Shown in pieces: positions 1 through 8,824 of a DNA stretch of 61,672 bases. The translations under genes were made by a program, and so were the position numbers. The DNA lies in the IMG/VR virus record IMGVR_UViG_3300025073_000054, positions 1 to 61,672 of that record, one strand, 5' to 3'. This DNA comes from a virus (lineage: Duplodnaviria; Caudoviricetes). The notes under the pieces are model-generated. The model saw nothing but the letters and a program-made list of their open reading frames with translations. It was not told the DNA's origin and did no database searches. Each line of letters begins with the position of its first letter. The first letter of the stretch is position 1.

Positions 1-142
1 ATCGCCAACGTGCCTGACGACACGCCCATGGTGATCAGCGGACCCGACCACAGCCTGCCCTTCGCAGAGGCGGTGCTGGCCTACGCCACGACGTGCTGCG
101 ACGGGTCGCTCGACGAGCCCGACGACGGAGATGCGGTCGTGC
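1..142. repeat. Terminal direct repeat, left copy (circular assembly overlap)
   Basis: Identical to 61531-61672 except G127 vs T61657. Confidence 0.95.
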
Positions 143-167
143 CCGTCGTGCGGATCGTGTGGGCGCG

Positions 168-542
168 ATGAGCGCCCGCGTCCCCTGCCACGTCTGCGGC
201 GACCCTGTAGCCGTCCGCACCGACGGCTGCTTCCGCCAGCACAGCCGCTACCCCGCGGTATCGCGCTTCGCCACCTTCTGTGAGGGAACGAACCAGCGTG
301 CTGATGACGCTCGACTCGCGGCCCGCGGGAAGGTCTACATCGCCGCCGACGACGCGCGCCGGGCGAGGGCTCAGGCAGCGTCGGACATCGACCATGCCAG
401 GGCGAAGATCGAGCGGCTGGAGTCGCAGCTCCCGACGCTGGAGTCGCGCGCCGTCGACACCGCGCAGGCGCTGGCGGCGTTCGATCGCGAGCATCCCGCG
501 AGCGACGTGCGCCGGGTGCCGGTGGACGGGGGTGGGCGGTGA
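168..542 (+). CDS. Hypothetical protein, CxxC N-terminus plus coiled coil
   Basis: ATG overlaps the stop of the origin-spanning ORF (ATGA); MSARVPCHVCGD. Confidence 0.65.
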   Translation: MSARVPCHVCGDPVAVRTDGCFRQHSRYPAVSRFATFCEGTNQRADDARLAARGKVYIAADDARRARAQAASDIDHARAKIERLESQLPTLESRAVDTAQALAAFDREHPASDVRRVPVDGGGR

Positions 543-973
543 CCTCCCGCCCCGAGGAGTGGCCCCCGTGCGTCGACTGCGACGAACCGGGAGCACGCAG
601 CACGTCCCCCGGCGGGCGCTGCCGCGAGTGCGACATTGAGCACATCGTCGGCACCGGCAGTTGCCGTGAGTGCGGGGTGTTCGTCATGCGCGAGGAGATC
701 GCGGGGCCGCGCGCCGCGCAGCACAAGCCCGGGTGCAGCCTCGCGGACAGCGACGACTACGGCCCGATGCCCTCGCGTGACGACGTGTGGAAGGCCGCCT
801 ACGGCACGCTCGTTGACCTCGCCGATGACTACGACCGCGAGGCCGAACGCCTCGCCGCGGATGACCCGCGGGCCGACGTGGTGCGGACGATCGTCGCGGA
901 CCTCCGGCGGCGAGCGGCGTTCTACCTGCCGCGCATCGTGGAGCGTCGGCGCGCTGCGGGGTGCGAGTCGTGA
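539..973 (+). CDS. Hypothetical Zn-ribbon protein
   Basis: Three CxxC pairs; GTGA coupling to both neighbours. Confidence 0.65.
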   Translation: MTSRPEEWPPCVDCDEPGARSTSPGGRCRECDIEHIVGTGSCRECGVFVMREEIAGPRAAQHKPGCSLADSDDYGPMPSRDDVWKAAYGTLVDLADDYDREAERLAADDPRADVVRTIVADLRRRAAFYLPRIVERRRAAGCES

Positions 974-1953
974 GGCCCCCCGTCACCTGCGCCCGCCGCT
1001 GCGGCGCTACCGCCCCCGACGCGGAGACGGCGCTCTCGCTGCGGTGGGAGCACCTGCCGCCCGACTGGTGGGTGTGCGCGGAGTGCGAGGCGCGGGATGC
1101 TGCGGCGAGTGTCACGGCGCCCGATGCGGCGCGGGAGCGTGGGCGGTGAGGTGTACGTGGTGCCGCCGCGCTGCGGTCGCATGGAGCATCGGGACGGAGG
1201 ACTCGCCCGACTGCGGGCGCTCGCGGTGCGTCCGGGCGACCGATGACGTGTGGCGTGCGCGAGAGGTGCTGCGCGCCCGCCTGTCGCGCGGCGGGGTAGT
1301 GAGCGGCGAGGCCTACGCCGCGACACAGCGGGCAGCGCGAGCGGCCGAGCTCCGCGGCGAGCCCATCGACTGGACGCGGCCGGTTGAGGGGTGGCTGATC
1401 TTCGACGCGGTGACCCCGTGACCCAGCGCCGCCGACTCTCCCGCGCGCAGGTGGCCGCGACGCCGGAGCGACGCATCCCGTCGCGGGCGGAGATGGAGGT
1501 GCTGCGGTACTCGCAGGCCATCGTCGATGCTCAGGCACGCGAGGATGTCGAGGCAGAGCGCCGCGCCGTCGAGCGCACCGGGCGGGTGCTGGTGGCGTGG
1601 CTGATCGGACGGTGGAGGCGGTGATGGGCGACGACTGGACGATGGATGAGGTGCTGCGGACGCTGGCCGACTCGGCCGTGCGGCGCTTGGGCGAGGGCGT
1701 CGACTACCCGCAAGAGGGGCGGCGCCTGCGCTCCGCGGTGAAGTGGGCGCGCGATCACCTCGCCACGGTGCCCCGGCCCGTCGAGGGGTGCGTGGTCGGC
1801 GGGTGCACGGGCGTCGGGTCGTGGCGCTGGCCAACGCTCGACGGCGGCACGGTGCCTGTGTGCGAGCGGCACCACGACGCGGCGACGATGCTCGCTGAGC
1901 GCAAGGGTCTCGACGACGAAGAGGCGCTCTGGCGCGCGGCACGGGGAGGGTAG
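970..1953 (+). other. Run of small coupled hypothetical genes (970-1149, 1146-1421, 1418-1624, 1624-1953)
   Basis: Each start overlaps the previous stop (GTGA/TGATG); several CxxC motifs. Confidence 0.55.
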
Positions 1954-2046
1954 GGAGAGCCGCACGCCGCAGGACGCGGGGCGGTGGGCAGCGGGGCCGT
2001 CAGGGCGACGGTGCTGCGGGGAGGTGGGCGTAGGATGGAGGCGATG

Positions 2047-2448
2047 ATGGACTACGAAGAGCGAGCACGGATCGAGCGGGAGCGGGAGCGCAACATCCCC
2101 GCGGAGGTCGTGCGCGAGTGCGGGCGCAGCGCGCATCTGATGGCGGCAGCGCGCTGGTACATCCAGGGCGCTGACGATGCGTGGCTGCGGTGCTTCGATG
2201 GCCTGCGGGCCGACTGCGAGCGCCTTGCCGGAGAGTGCGAGCGTCGCGGCTTGGTGATGACGCTACCCGTGGCCGAATGGCCCGCGGCGCACGTCTACCC
2301 CGGCGATGCGATGACCCGTGAGCAGGCGGCGGCGCTACTCCACGCGGCCGATACGCAGCGGTTGCTGTTCGACGCCGTGTGTCGGCTCGTGATGTTCGAC
2401 CCGATCGTGGTGCGGGTCGTCAAAATAGACGAAGCCCCGCCGGGGTGA
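2047..2448 (+). CDS. Hypothetical protein
   Basis: GGAGG RBS at 2037-2041; 3' end runs into the terminator hairpin. Confidence 0.5.
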   Translation: MDYEERARIERERERNIPAEVVRECGRSAHLMAAARWYIQGADDAWLRCFDGLRADCERLAGECERRGLVMTLPVAEWPAAHVYPGDAMTREQAAALLHAADTQRLLFDAVCRLVMFDPIVVRVVKIDEAPPG

Positions 2449-2461
2449 GCGACGGGGCTTC
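2422..2461 (-). terminator. Intrinsic terminator, possibly bidirectional
   Basis: GAAGCCCCG...CGGGGCTTC stem followed by GTCTATTTT on the minus strand; convergence point of two operons. Confidence 0.75.
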
Positions 2462-2665
2462 GGTGCGCGGGCTCCGGCCGCGTCGGGTCGATCCGTGGTC
2501 GCTCGGGCACGCCCTGCGGTGACGGTCGACGATTTGGCAGAAGGGCGCGGTCACATGAGGTGCCTCCGAGGTGGCACGCGGGCGCATCGGTCCGCGCGGG
2601 CTCTCTCGCCGATCCGGTGCGCCGCTCCCGGTGGCATAGCGGCACGAGGGCCGTCTGTCGCGTAG
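2425..2665 (-). ncRNA. Candidate structured small RNA (~240 nt)
   Basis: TTGACG-17-TGTGAT promoter upstream, several hairpins, terminator downstream, no convincing ORF. Confidence 0.45.
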
Positions 2666-2670
2666 CCCGC

Positions 2671-2699
2671 ATCACACCGCGCTCGCGCCCGCGCGTCAA
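2671..2699 (-). promoter_or_regulatory. Sigma70-like promoter
   Basis: TTGACG (2699-2694), 17 bp, TGTGAT (2676-2671). Confidence 0.5.
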
Positions 2700-2760
2700 G
2701 AGAACGCCGGGGCAGTGCGGCCACCTCGCGGCGGCCCCGGCCCCGGAAGGCGTCAGCGTA

Positions 2761-2877
2761 TCACGGCCACCAGCCGCGGAAGGCCCACCCGAGCAGTGCG
2801 TCGCCGATGCGGCGCAGCAGCTCCACGGGGCCGTGCGAGAGCAGCACGTCGAGGGCGCGAGCGAGCGCCCGCCTCAC
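2761..2877 (-). CDS. 38-aa amphipathic peptide (not in ORF track)
   Basis: MRRALARALDVLLSHGPVELLRRIGDALLGWAFRGWWP; coupled to the upstream ORF. Confidence 0.45.
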   Translation of the reverse strand: MRRALARALDVLLSHGPVELLRRIGDALLGWAFRGWWP

Positions 2878-3035
2878 GCGGCCCCCGGGGCGTCGCACGG
2901 CGGCAACGGGCCGTCGCCCGGTGCCCCGTCGGGCGCACGCCAGTGCCCATCGGCGAGGCGCCTGCGGTGGCAGCGGGCGCAGGTGTGCGACCGCGGGCCG
3001 GTGGGGAGCCAGCGGTGGGCGTCGAGGGAGGTCAC
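2874..3035 (-). CDS. 53-aa hypothetical protein (not in ORF track)
   Basis: GTG overlaps the endolysin stop; H...CxxC...C motif. Confidence 0.45.
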   Translation of the reverse strand: MTSLDAHRWLPTGPRSHTCARCHRRRLADGHWRAPDGAPGDGPLPPCDAPGAA

Positions 3036-3817
3036 ACGGCCCCGCTGGGGATGCGGCTGGCGTCGTCGAAGTGCATCAGGTCCGCGGAAGACGCAGCCCC
3101 GAAGTCACAGCCGCCCCACCGCATTCCGCCCACGTCGCAGAGAGCGACCACGACCGCGCGGCGCAGGTCCATCAGCCCCTTCGCCGGGTTGCGGGTCAGA
3201 CGCGGGCGGGCGACCGGCTGGCCCACGACGAGCGGCACCCGGAGCGCCTGGTAGTCGGCCATCACCTGCGCTGGGATCGTGACCCCGGGCAGCGTGTCGG
3301 CCTCGCCCGCGTCGAGATCGTCGACCGCGGGGAAGTACGGCGCGAGGTACACCCGCACCGCCTCGGAGACGACGTGCCAGCGGTCCCACACGCTCGCGGT
3401 GCTCTCGCCAGCGCGGCGGGCGCTGAGGTCGCAGAGCACCCCAGCGGCGGCGCACGCCCGGCCGCAGGCGGCGATGAACGTCTTGCGGACCCCGGGCAGC
3501 TTCGCGCCGGCCGACTCGCCCCCGTAGACCAGCCCGCGGGCGGTGTGCGTGGCGCAGACGGCGTACCCGTTGCGCGAATAGTTGATGTCAATCGCGCGGC
3601 CCTTGCCGTGGTAGCCCGCGCCCTCGCGGTAGCCCCCGACGCCGCGCACGCCATGCCACGCGACGAACGTCGGTTGCTCCGACGCGGGGAGGGTCAGCAT
3701 CTCCTCGAGGTACACATCGCGGAGCGCGGCCTCGACGCGAGCGAGCTTCGCCCCGAAGGCACGGGAGACGCGCGGCGAGCGCCCGAGGAAGGGCGCCGCG
3801 ACGAGGTCGAGCGTCAC
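3032..3817 (-). CDS. Endolysin, M15-family Zn peptidase
   Basis: HGKGRAIDIN (H-x6-D) and WGG...DLMHFD motifs of M15 peptidases; end of late operon. Confidence 0.8.
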   Translation of the reverse strand: MTLDLVAAPFLGRSPRVSRAFGAKLARVEAALRDVYLEEMLTLPASEQPTFVAWHGVRGVGGYREGAGYHGKGRAIDINYSRNGYAVCATHTARGLVYGGESAGAKLPGVRKTFIAACGRACAAAGVLCDLSARRAGESTASVWDRWHVVSEAVRVYLAPYFPAVDDLDAGEADTLPGVTIPAQVMADYQALRVPLVVGQPVARPRLTRNPAKGLMDLRRAVVVALCDVGGMRWGGCDFGAASSADLMHFDDASRIPSGAV

Positions 3818-4443
3818 CGGAACGCCCCCGCTTCGATCAGCTCGGGGTGCGTCGCCCGCAGCCACGCGAGCACGTCCACGGCGATCGTGAGCGGCGGGCA
3901 GAGCCCAGAGGCCATCGTCGTCAGGTGCGACTCGAGCACGCCCCGACCCAGCGCCACCTCGTCGGCCGCGAGGTGGTAGGTCTCGCTCGACAGGGACGCC
4001 AGCGCCCCGTCGAGCGTCGGGAGCATCCCCGTCAGCAGGTAGCCGACGAAGAGCCCCACCGCGTAGGCATCGGCCTCGGCGCGGGCGCGCAGCTCGGGGG
4101 AGGCCACGTAGTCGATGGAGGTGCGGACGGCGCCGCCCTCGTCGAGCTGCTTGTCGTGCTGGAACTCGTGGCTGACCGTCATCGCGTACCGCAGCGGGTC
4201 GGCCACGGCGGCGGGGGAGAGGACGATCACCGTCCCGGCGGGCGTGGGCACGGTGACACTGACGCGGCTGGCGCGCACCTCGAGCTCCGCGGCGAGTCCA
4301 GCGAGGGCGGGCACGGCGCGGGCGAGCGCGGAGAGCATCGCGCGTGCGGCGACCGCGGGCGCATCGTCGGGTGTAACGACGAGGGCGCCGTGCTTGGCGG
4401 CGAGGTGGGCGCCGAGGGCTTCGGAGACGTCGAGGGTCAGCAT
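3814..4443 (-). CDS. Putative zincin metallopeptidase
   Basis: SHEFQH (HExxH) with downstream RAEADAY glutamate. Confidence 0.65.
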   Translation of the reverse strand: MLTLDVSEALGAHLAAKHGALVVTPDDAPAVAARAMLSALARAVPALAGLAAELEVRASRVSVTVPTPAGTVIVLSPAAVADPLRYAMTVSHEFQHDKQLDEGGAVRTSIDYVASPELRARAEADAYAVGLFVGYLLTGMLPTLDGALASLSSETYHLAADEVALGRGVLESHLTTMASGLCPPLTIAVDVLAWLRATHPELIEAGAFR

Positions 4444-4757
4444 GGGCGGAGGACTCCAGCGGTGAGGTAGCCGTGCCAGCCGCAGCCGTGCGGCGCGGCG
4501 TGGTGGATGGACGGGGAGAGCGAGAGCCCGACGCCGGTGCGCGGATCGCCCGCGGTGACGGTCCACGACGGGCCTCCCGCGCGCGGTCCGACCGGGAGGT
4601 GCGACTGCGACCCGCAGCCGGGGCACGCGAAGATGAAGCCCGCGGGCTCGCGCTCGCTGTTCACCAGCGGCTGCGCGTCGCCCGGCGTCGCCGGATCGTG
4701 GTCGGGGAGGTCTTCGACGATGCGTAGGGGCACCGTGCGTCGGAGGTCGATGGTCAC
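4437..4757 (-). CDS. DUF6527-like small Cys/His protein
   Basis: FACPGCG...W...LSLSPSI...CGWHGYLTAG pattern. Confidence 0.7.
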   Translation of the reverse strand: MTIDLRRTVPLRIVEDLPDHDPATPGDAQPLVNSEREPAGFIFACPGCGSQSHLPVGPRAGGPSWTVTAGDPRTGVGLSLSPSIHHAAPHGCGWHGYLTAGVLRPC

Positions 4758-5050
4758 CGGCTGACCTCGTCGTCGAGCGCGGACCAGTCCGTCGCGAGGA
4801 TGTCCGTCTGCGACGCGAGCCACGGGACCAGCTTGCAGTCGACGGTCTTCATCGCGATGAACGGGAGCCACGTCCCGATCGCCGCCGCGCCCTCACGGAG
4901 CGCGAACTCGCGATCGTTGTAGAGGTCGACGTAGCGGATCCACATCCCCTTGCCGTTCCACCCGGCGCGCTGGACGCGGATGCCCCGGCGCATGAAGGCG
5001 AGGGCGGTGCCGAAGTCGAAGCCGCGATCCGCGGCGATGCCAGCGCTCAC
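4754..5050 (-). CDS. tad2: Tad2/DUF2829-family anti-defence sponge protein
   Basis: FDFGTAL...RVQRAGWNGKGMW...PFIAMKTVD..LVPWLASQTDILATDW matches the DUF2829 consensus. Confidence 0.85.
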   Translation of the reverse strand: MSAGIAADRGFDFGTALAFMRRGIRVQRAGWNGKGMWIRYVDLYNDREFALREGAAAIGTWLPFIAMKTVDCKLVPWLASQTDILATDWSALDDEVSR

Positions 5051-5805
5051 AGCGCACCCCCTTCCGACGCATCCGCAGCGCCCGCATCGGTCACGGGGCC
5101 GCAGTACGCGCGCCCGCCGAGGACGGTGCAGACCCCGCCTACCTGCGAGCACAGGAGATTCCCCGCGACGTGCCAGCGCTGCGACGCGCTGCACACGTGG
5201 GGGCGGTCGTTGATGCAGGTCTGCGCCTCGGGCTGGCAGCCGCTCACGGGAGGGTTGCGCGGACACCCCGCGAGCAGCGCGCCCGCGAGGATCGCGGCGA
5301 CGATGCAGGTGAGCAGCCCGGGGAGGTCGACGCTCCCCCGCTGCCCGTCGTCACGCATCGGCGGCACGACGGTCTGGCGGGCGTGCGGGTCGAAGGGCGG
5401 CTCGCTCTTGCGCGGGTCGACGGTCACCGCGCCGATGACGCGGCGCTGCGCGTCGAAGGCCACGCCGTCCGCGGGCGTCGGGTGCGGCGGCTCGGGGGCG
5501 CGGGTGGCGTGGACGTCGAGCGCGCCCTGCTTCTCCGCAGGGAGGGCGATGCCCAGCGGCGGGAGCGAGGAGCGCGCGGCGGCGTACTCGCGCCACGCGA
5601 CGACGAGCTTGCGGAGGTGCGGCGAGACGGTGCGGATGGCGCGGACGATGAGCGCGCGGCCGGGGTGGGCCTTGGCGTAGGCGTCCCAATGCTCGGGGGT
5701 GTCCCACCACAGCCACCACGACAGGGCGGCGCCGACGATGGGCCAGACGATGAGGGCGAGGATCAACGGCCAGTAGGGCCGCGCGAGGTCGAGGGCGTGT
5801 TGCAT
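5047..5805 (-). CDS. Membrane protein with internal lipobox and Cys-rich tail (holin/spanin candidate)
   Basis: N-terminal TM, second hydrophobic helix ending LLAGC, six further Cys. Confidence 0.6.
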   Translation of the reverse strand: MQHALDLARPYWPLILALIVWPIVGAALSWWLWWDTPEHWDAYAKAHPGRALIVRAIRTVSPHLRKLVVAWREYAAARSSLPPLGIALPAEKQGALDVHATRAPEPPHPTPADGVAFDAQRRVIGAVTVDPRKSEPPFDPHARQTVVPPMRDDGQRGSVDLPGLLTCIVAAILAGALLAGCPRNPPVSGCQPEAQTCINDRPHVCSASQRWHVAGNLLCSQVGGVCTVLGGRAYCGPVTDAGAADASEGGAL

Positions 5806-5807
5806 GA

Positions 5808-6689
5808 CTAGGTTCCTTCAGTGAGCGAGAGCGGACCCGCGCCGATCTCTTCGGAGGCGGGGTAGGACATCCACAGTGATTCGGTGCGGCGCTGGCCGCG
5901 GGTGTGGCGGGCGCTCTTGAGGGGCACGTCGAAGTCGACGCGACGCCAGCCCGCGTAGATGTCGTTGTAGAGGTCGGAGGCGTACCCGCTGACGCACACC
6001 CGCGCGCCACGCTCGACCGCCCCGCGGCAGGCGGCGGCGAAGCGATGGTGATCCTCGGTGGACGCGTCGTGGCGGTAGCCCCCGCCACAAGCCATCAACT
6101 CGGGGAGATAGGGCGGGTCGACGTAAACCATCGCGCCCTTACGGCCCCACTTCTCGATGAATGCTGCGCCGTCGATGCAGTCGATCGCCACATTGAGCAT
6201 CGACCGCGCATAGAGGTGGAGCGAATCGAGTTTCGTGGTGGCGCCCGACGGCCCCCACCCGCCCGCGGCGGTGTCGTGGCTGAGGGTGCGGCCCCAATTG
6301 CCGGGTGTTCGGGCGATCCCCGCGAACGCCTGCCGCCCAAGGACCCACACGCGCCGCGCCTCTTCCAGCGGGTCTTCGGAACGCGCCAGTGCCGCCGTGA
6401 ACTCCGTCAGTGAGTAGGGCGTGAGAGAGCACGCGCGCACGAGGTCTTCGGGGCGGTCGCGCAGCACGCGGAAGAACGTCACGAGCCGATCGTCAATGTC
6501 GTTGACCGCACGCCGCTGGTAAGCGGCGGCAGGCACGCGGAAGAACACGCTGCCTGCGCCCATACACGCCTCGACGTAGGTGGTCGCGTGGGCGAAGTGC
6601 GGGACGATCTTCTGGGCATTGGTGCCCTTCCCGCCGTACCGCTGGATCGGCCCGCCGCGGAGCTTCGTGGTATCGAGAGCGGCGTTCAT
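5808..6689 (-). CDS. DNA adenine methyltransferase (Dam/D12 class)
   Basis: YGGK, YVEACMGAGSV (SAM binding), VNDID, YVDPPY catalytic motif. Confidence 0.93.
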   Translation of the reverse strand: MNAALDTTKLRGGPIQRYGGKGTNAQKIVPHFAHATTYVEACMGAGSVFFRVPAAAYQRRAVNDIDDRLVTFFRVLRDRPEDLVRACSLTPYSLTEFTAALARSEDPLEEARRVWVLGRQAFAGIARTPGNWGRTLSHDTAAGGWGPSGATTKLDSLHLYARSMLNVAIDCIDGAAFIEKWGRKGAMVYVDPPYLPELMACGGGYRHDASTEDHHRFAAACRGAVERGARVCVSGYASDLYNDIYAGWRRVDFDVPLKSARHTRGQRRTESLWMSYPASEEIGAGPLSLTEGT

Positions 6690-7279
6690 GGCGTGGCTCC
6701 GAGCGCGGCGGTGATGTGGTCGACGATGCGTGCGCGGTCGATGGGCTTCCGCATCGCGACCGCGCCCACCTTGTGAGCAGCCGTGTCGAGCGCGTCGGCC
6801 TCTGCCACGCCGCTCATGAGCACGTCACCCTTGCGGCCGATGGCCGCGAGGACGTCGGCGCCGAGCTCGTCGGGCAGCATCAGGTCGCAGAGCACCGCGC
6901 CGCAGTGGTGCAGCGACATGATCCCGCGGGCCTCCGCGCCGCTGCGCGCTTCGTACACCGGCAGCGACAGCGCCTCGCGGAGCATCGCGGCGAGGAGATG
7001 GCGGCAGCCGTCGTGGTCGTCGACGACGAGGATGGAGCGAGAGCGCGCGGCGACGGGGGCGGGCGCGGGCGGCGTGAGGCTGTGCCTGATGCGGTTGCCG
7101 AGCACATCGAGCGTCGGGCCGAAGAGCCGCAGGGTGACGCCGACGACGGCGCCGCCGATGAGCCCACCGACCCAGCCAGGGAGGTGGGAGAGGGACTCGA
7201 TCGCGTGGCCGCCGATGCCGGCCGCGGTGAGCTCCGCGAGGAGCACTGCCCACCAGGGAGAGGGAGCGTGGTCGCTCAC
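6686..7279 (-). CDS. Membrane-anchored response-regulator receiver (CheY-like) protein
   Basis: Two hydrophobic N-terminal segments, then ILVVDD, CDLMLP (phosphoacceptor D), LMSG, RKP. Confidence 0.85.
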   Translation of the reverse strand: MSDHAPSPWWAVLLAELTAAGIGGHAIESLSHLPGWVGGLIGGAVVGVTLRLFGPTLDVLGNRIRHSLTPPAPAPVAARSRSILVVDDHDGCRHLLAAMLREALSLPVYEARSGAEARGIMSLHHCGAVLCDLMLPDELGADVLAAIGRKGDVLMSGVAEADALDTAAHKVGAVAMRKPIDRARIVDHITAALGATP

Positions 7280-8271
7280 AGCCTCCGCACCCGTCGCATC
7301 GTCGAGACGCCGTTGATCGTGAGGGGCGTGGCGTTGCCGATGGCCTCGTGCTGCGCGACGCCAGCGGGAGCCCGCGACGCCAGCCAGGCGTAGGTGCACG
7401 TCGCCGCGCCGGGGCTGCCCGGGATCAGCGAGGCGTAGGCCCCGCTCATCGTCGCGAGCCCTGCGTCGCCAAGGAGCGTCGACCACGATTGCGCCCACGC
7501 GAGGGAGCCGTTGATCCACGGCACAGCCGCCAACTGGTAGTTGCCGAGGATGAAGTAGGCATCGCTCGCGGGGACGGTGTACGTGCCCGACGTCGCAATG
7601 GTCGCCGCCGCGCCGCCGTTCAGCGACCATGTGAAGCTCAGGTCATCGGCTGCGATGTCGAGGGCGATCGTGTTGCCGCCGGTCACCACCGCCTGCGTCC
7701 CGAGCTCGACCTTGGCGACCGCACCCGGGCCGGTGATCCCGGTGCGGAGGAAGTACAGGTAGCCGCTGCTGCCCGTCGCATTGACGCCGAGAATCCACCC
7801 GTTGCCCGAGCTCTGGTACGACGCGAGGATCTGCTCCGTCGCGGGCACGGAGTCCTGGTGGAAGCCCACGGCGATGCTCTGCCCACCCGCGAGCGTCGGC
7901 CCGACGGCGGTACCCGGCGACGCCGAGACGATGCCCGACACCGTGTAGGCCGCAGCCGCCGTCATCGGCCCGAGGGTGACGCCGAGGCGGTCGGCGCCGG
8001 CCACGCGCCACGTCCCAGCGACCGCGCTCCACAGGAGTGCGTCGTGGTCGGTGGCGAGGAAGGAGTCACCCGCCGCGGGAGACGCCGGAGCCGCGCCGAG
8101 GGTGCCCGCGCCGTAGGTGCCGCCAGCGCCCGCAGGCCCCGCAGGCCCCGCAGGCCCGGTGGCGCCCGTCGCCCCGGTAGCACCCGCGGCGCCCGTCGCT
8201 CCCGTCGGGCCAGCAGGCCCCACGCCCGGCGCTACGAGCGCGCCGCCGCCGTTCGGATCGATGCCGCTCAC
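7276..8271 (-). CDS. Tail fibre/receptor-binding protein: collagen-like repeat plus LamG-like domain
   Basis: (GxT/GPA)n repeat; beta-rich C-terminus with WSLNG...FILGN...WINGSL. Confidence 0.65.
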   Translation of the reverse strand: MSGIDPNGGGALVAPGVGPAGPTGATGAAGATGATGATGPAGPAGPAGAGGTYGAGTLGAAPASPAAGDSFLATDHDALLWSAVAGTWRVAGADRLGVTLGPMTAAAAYTVSGIVSASPGTAVGPTLAGGQSIAVGFHQDSVPATEQILASYQSSGNGWILGVNATGSSGYLYFLRTGITGPGAVAKVELGTQAVVTGGNTIALDIAADDLSFTWSLNGGAAATIATSGTYTVPASDAYFILGNYQLAAVPWINGSLAWAQSWSTLLGDAGLATMSGAYASLIPGSPGAATCTYAWLASRAPAGVAQHEAIGNATPLTINGVSTMRRVRRL

Positions 8272-8741
8272 GTCTCACCGCCCATCGTGAGCACGGTCAC
8301 GGCGCCGCGGTCGGTGGTGTCGACGTCCGTCATGCGGACGCGCATCCAGTGGTACCCGCGCACGTCCCAGAGCGGCGTGCCGCGCGTGGTGGTGCCGGTG
8401 GCCGTCGGGAGCGCGGCGAAGGCCTCGGGGTAGCCGTCGATGGCGCCCGTGGCGAAGCTCGATCCGTCGAGGATGTAGATGGGCACCCAGCTCGCCACGC
8501 TCGCGGCGGCGGTGTCAGGCGAGTCCATCGACCCGTCCACCGCGAAGACCGGCGCGCCGGTGATGCTCAAAGCGTTGCGCGCGTACTGGCACACCAGGCG
8601 CGCGTACTGGAGCGAGCCGAGCTTGATCGCCCCCGACGTGGCGTTGGCGGCATCCGAGGCGGCGGTCCCGACGACGGTAGCGAGCGAGGCGGTGAGCGAG
8701 TACGACGCGGCGCGCAGGCCGATGGTGGGGATCTTGGCCAT
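8268..8741 (-). CDS. Putative virion protein
   Basis: Beta-rich, lies between fibre genes, GGAG RBS. Confidence 0.6.
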   Translation of the reverse strand: MAKIPTIGLRAASYSLTASLATVVGTAASDAANATSGAIKLGSLQYARLVCQYARNALSITGAPVFAVDGSMDSPDTAAASVASWVPIYILDGSSFATGAIDGYPEAFAALPTATGTTTRGTPLWDVRGYHWMRVRMTDVDTTDRGAVTVLTMGGET

Positions 8742-8777
8742 GGGGGCTCCGGGGAGGGGAGGTCAGCAGGAGAGGGA

Positions 8778-8814
8778 GCGCACGGCGCGAGCGCCGGGGC
8801 TGCGCGCCGTGCGC
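8778..8814. terminator. Strong intergenic hairpin
   Basis: GCGCACGGCGCG / CGCGCCGTGCGC 12-bp stem; no clear U tract. Confidence 0.4.
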
Positions 8815-8824
8815 CGGTGGGAGA

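Noticed and set aside
8130-8230. Tandem DNA repeats as a regulatory array
   Set aside because: Explained by collagen-like Gly-X-Y coding.
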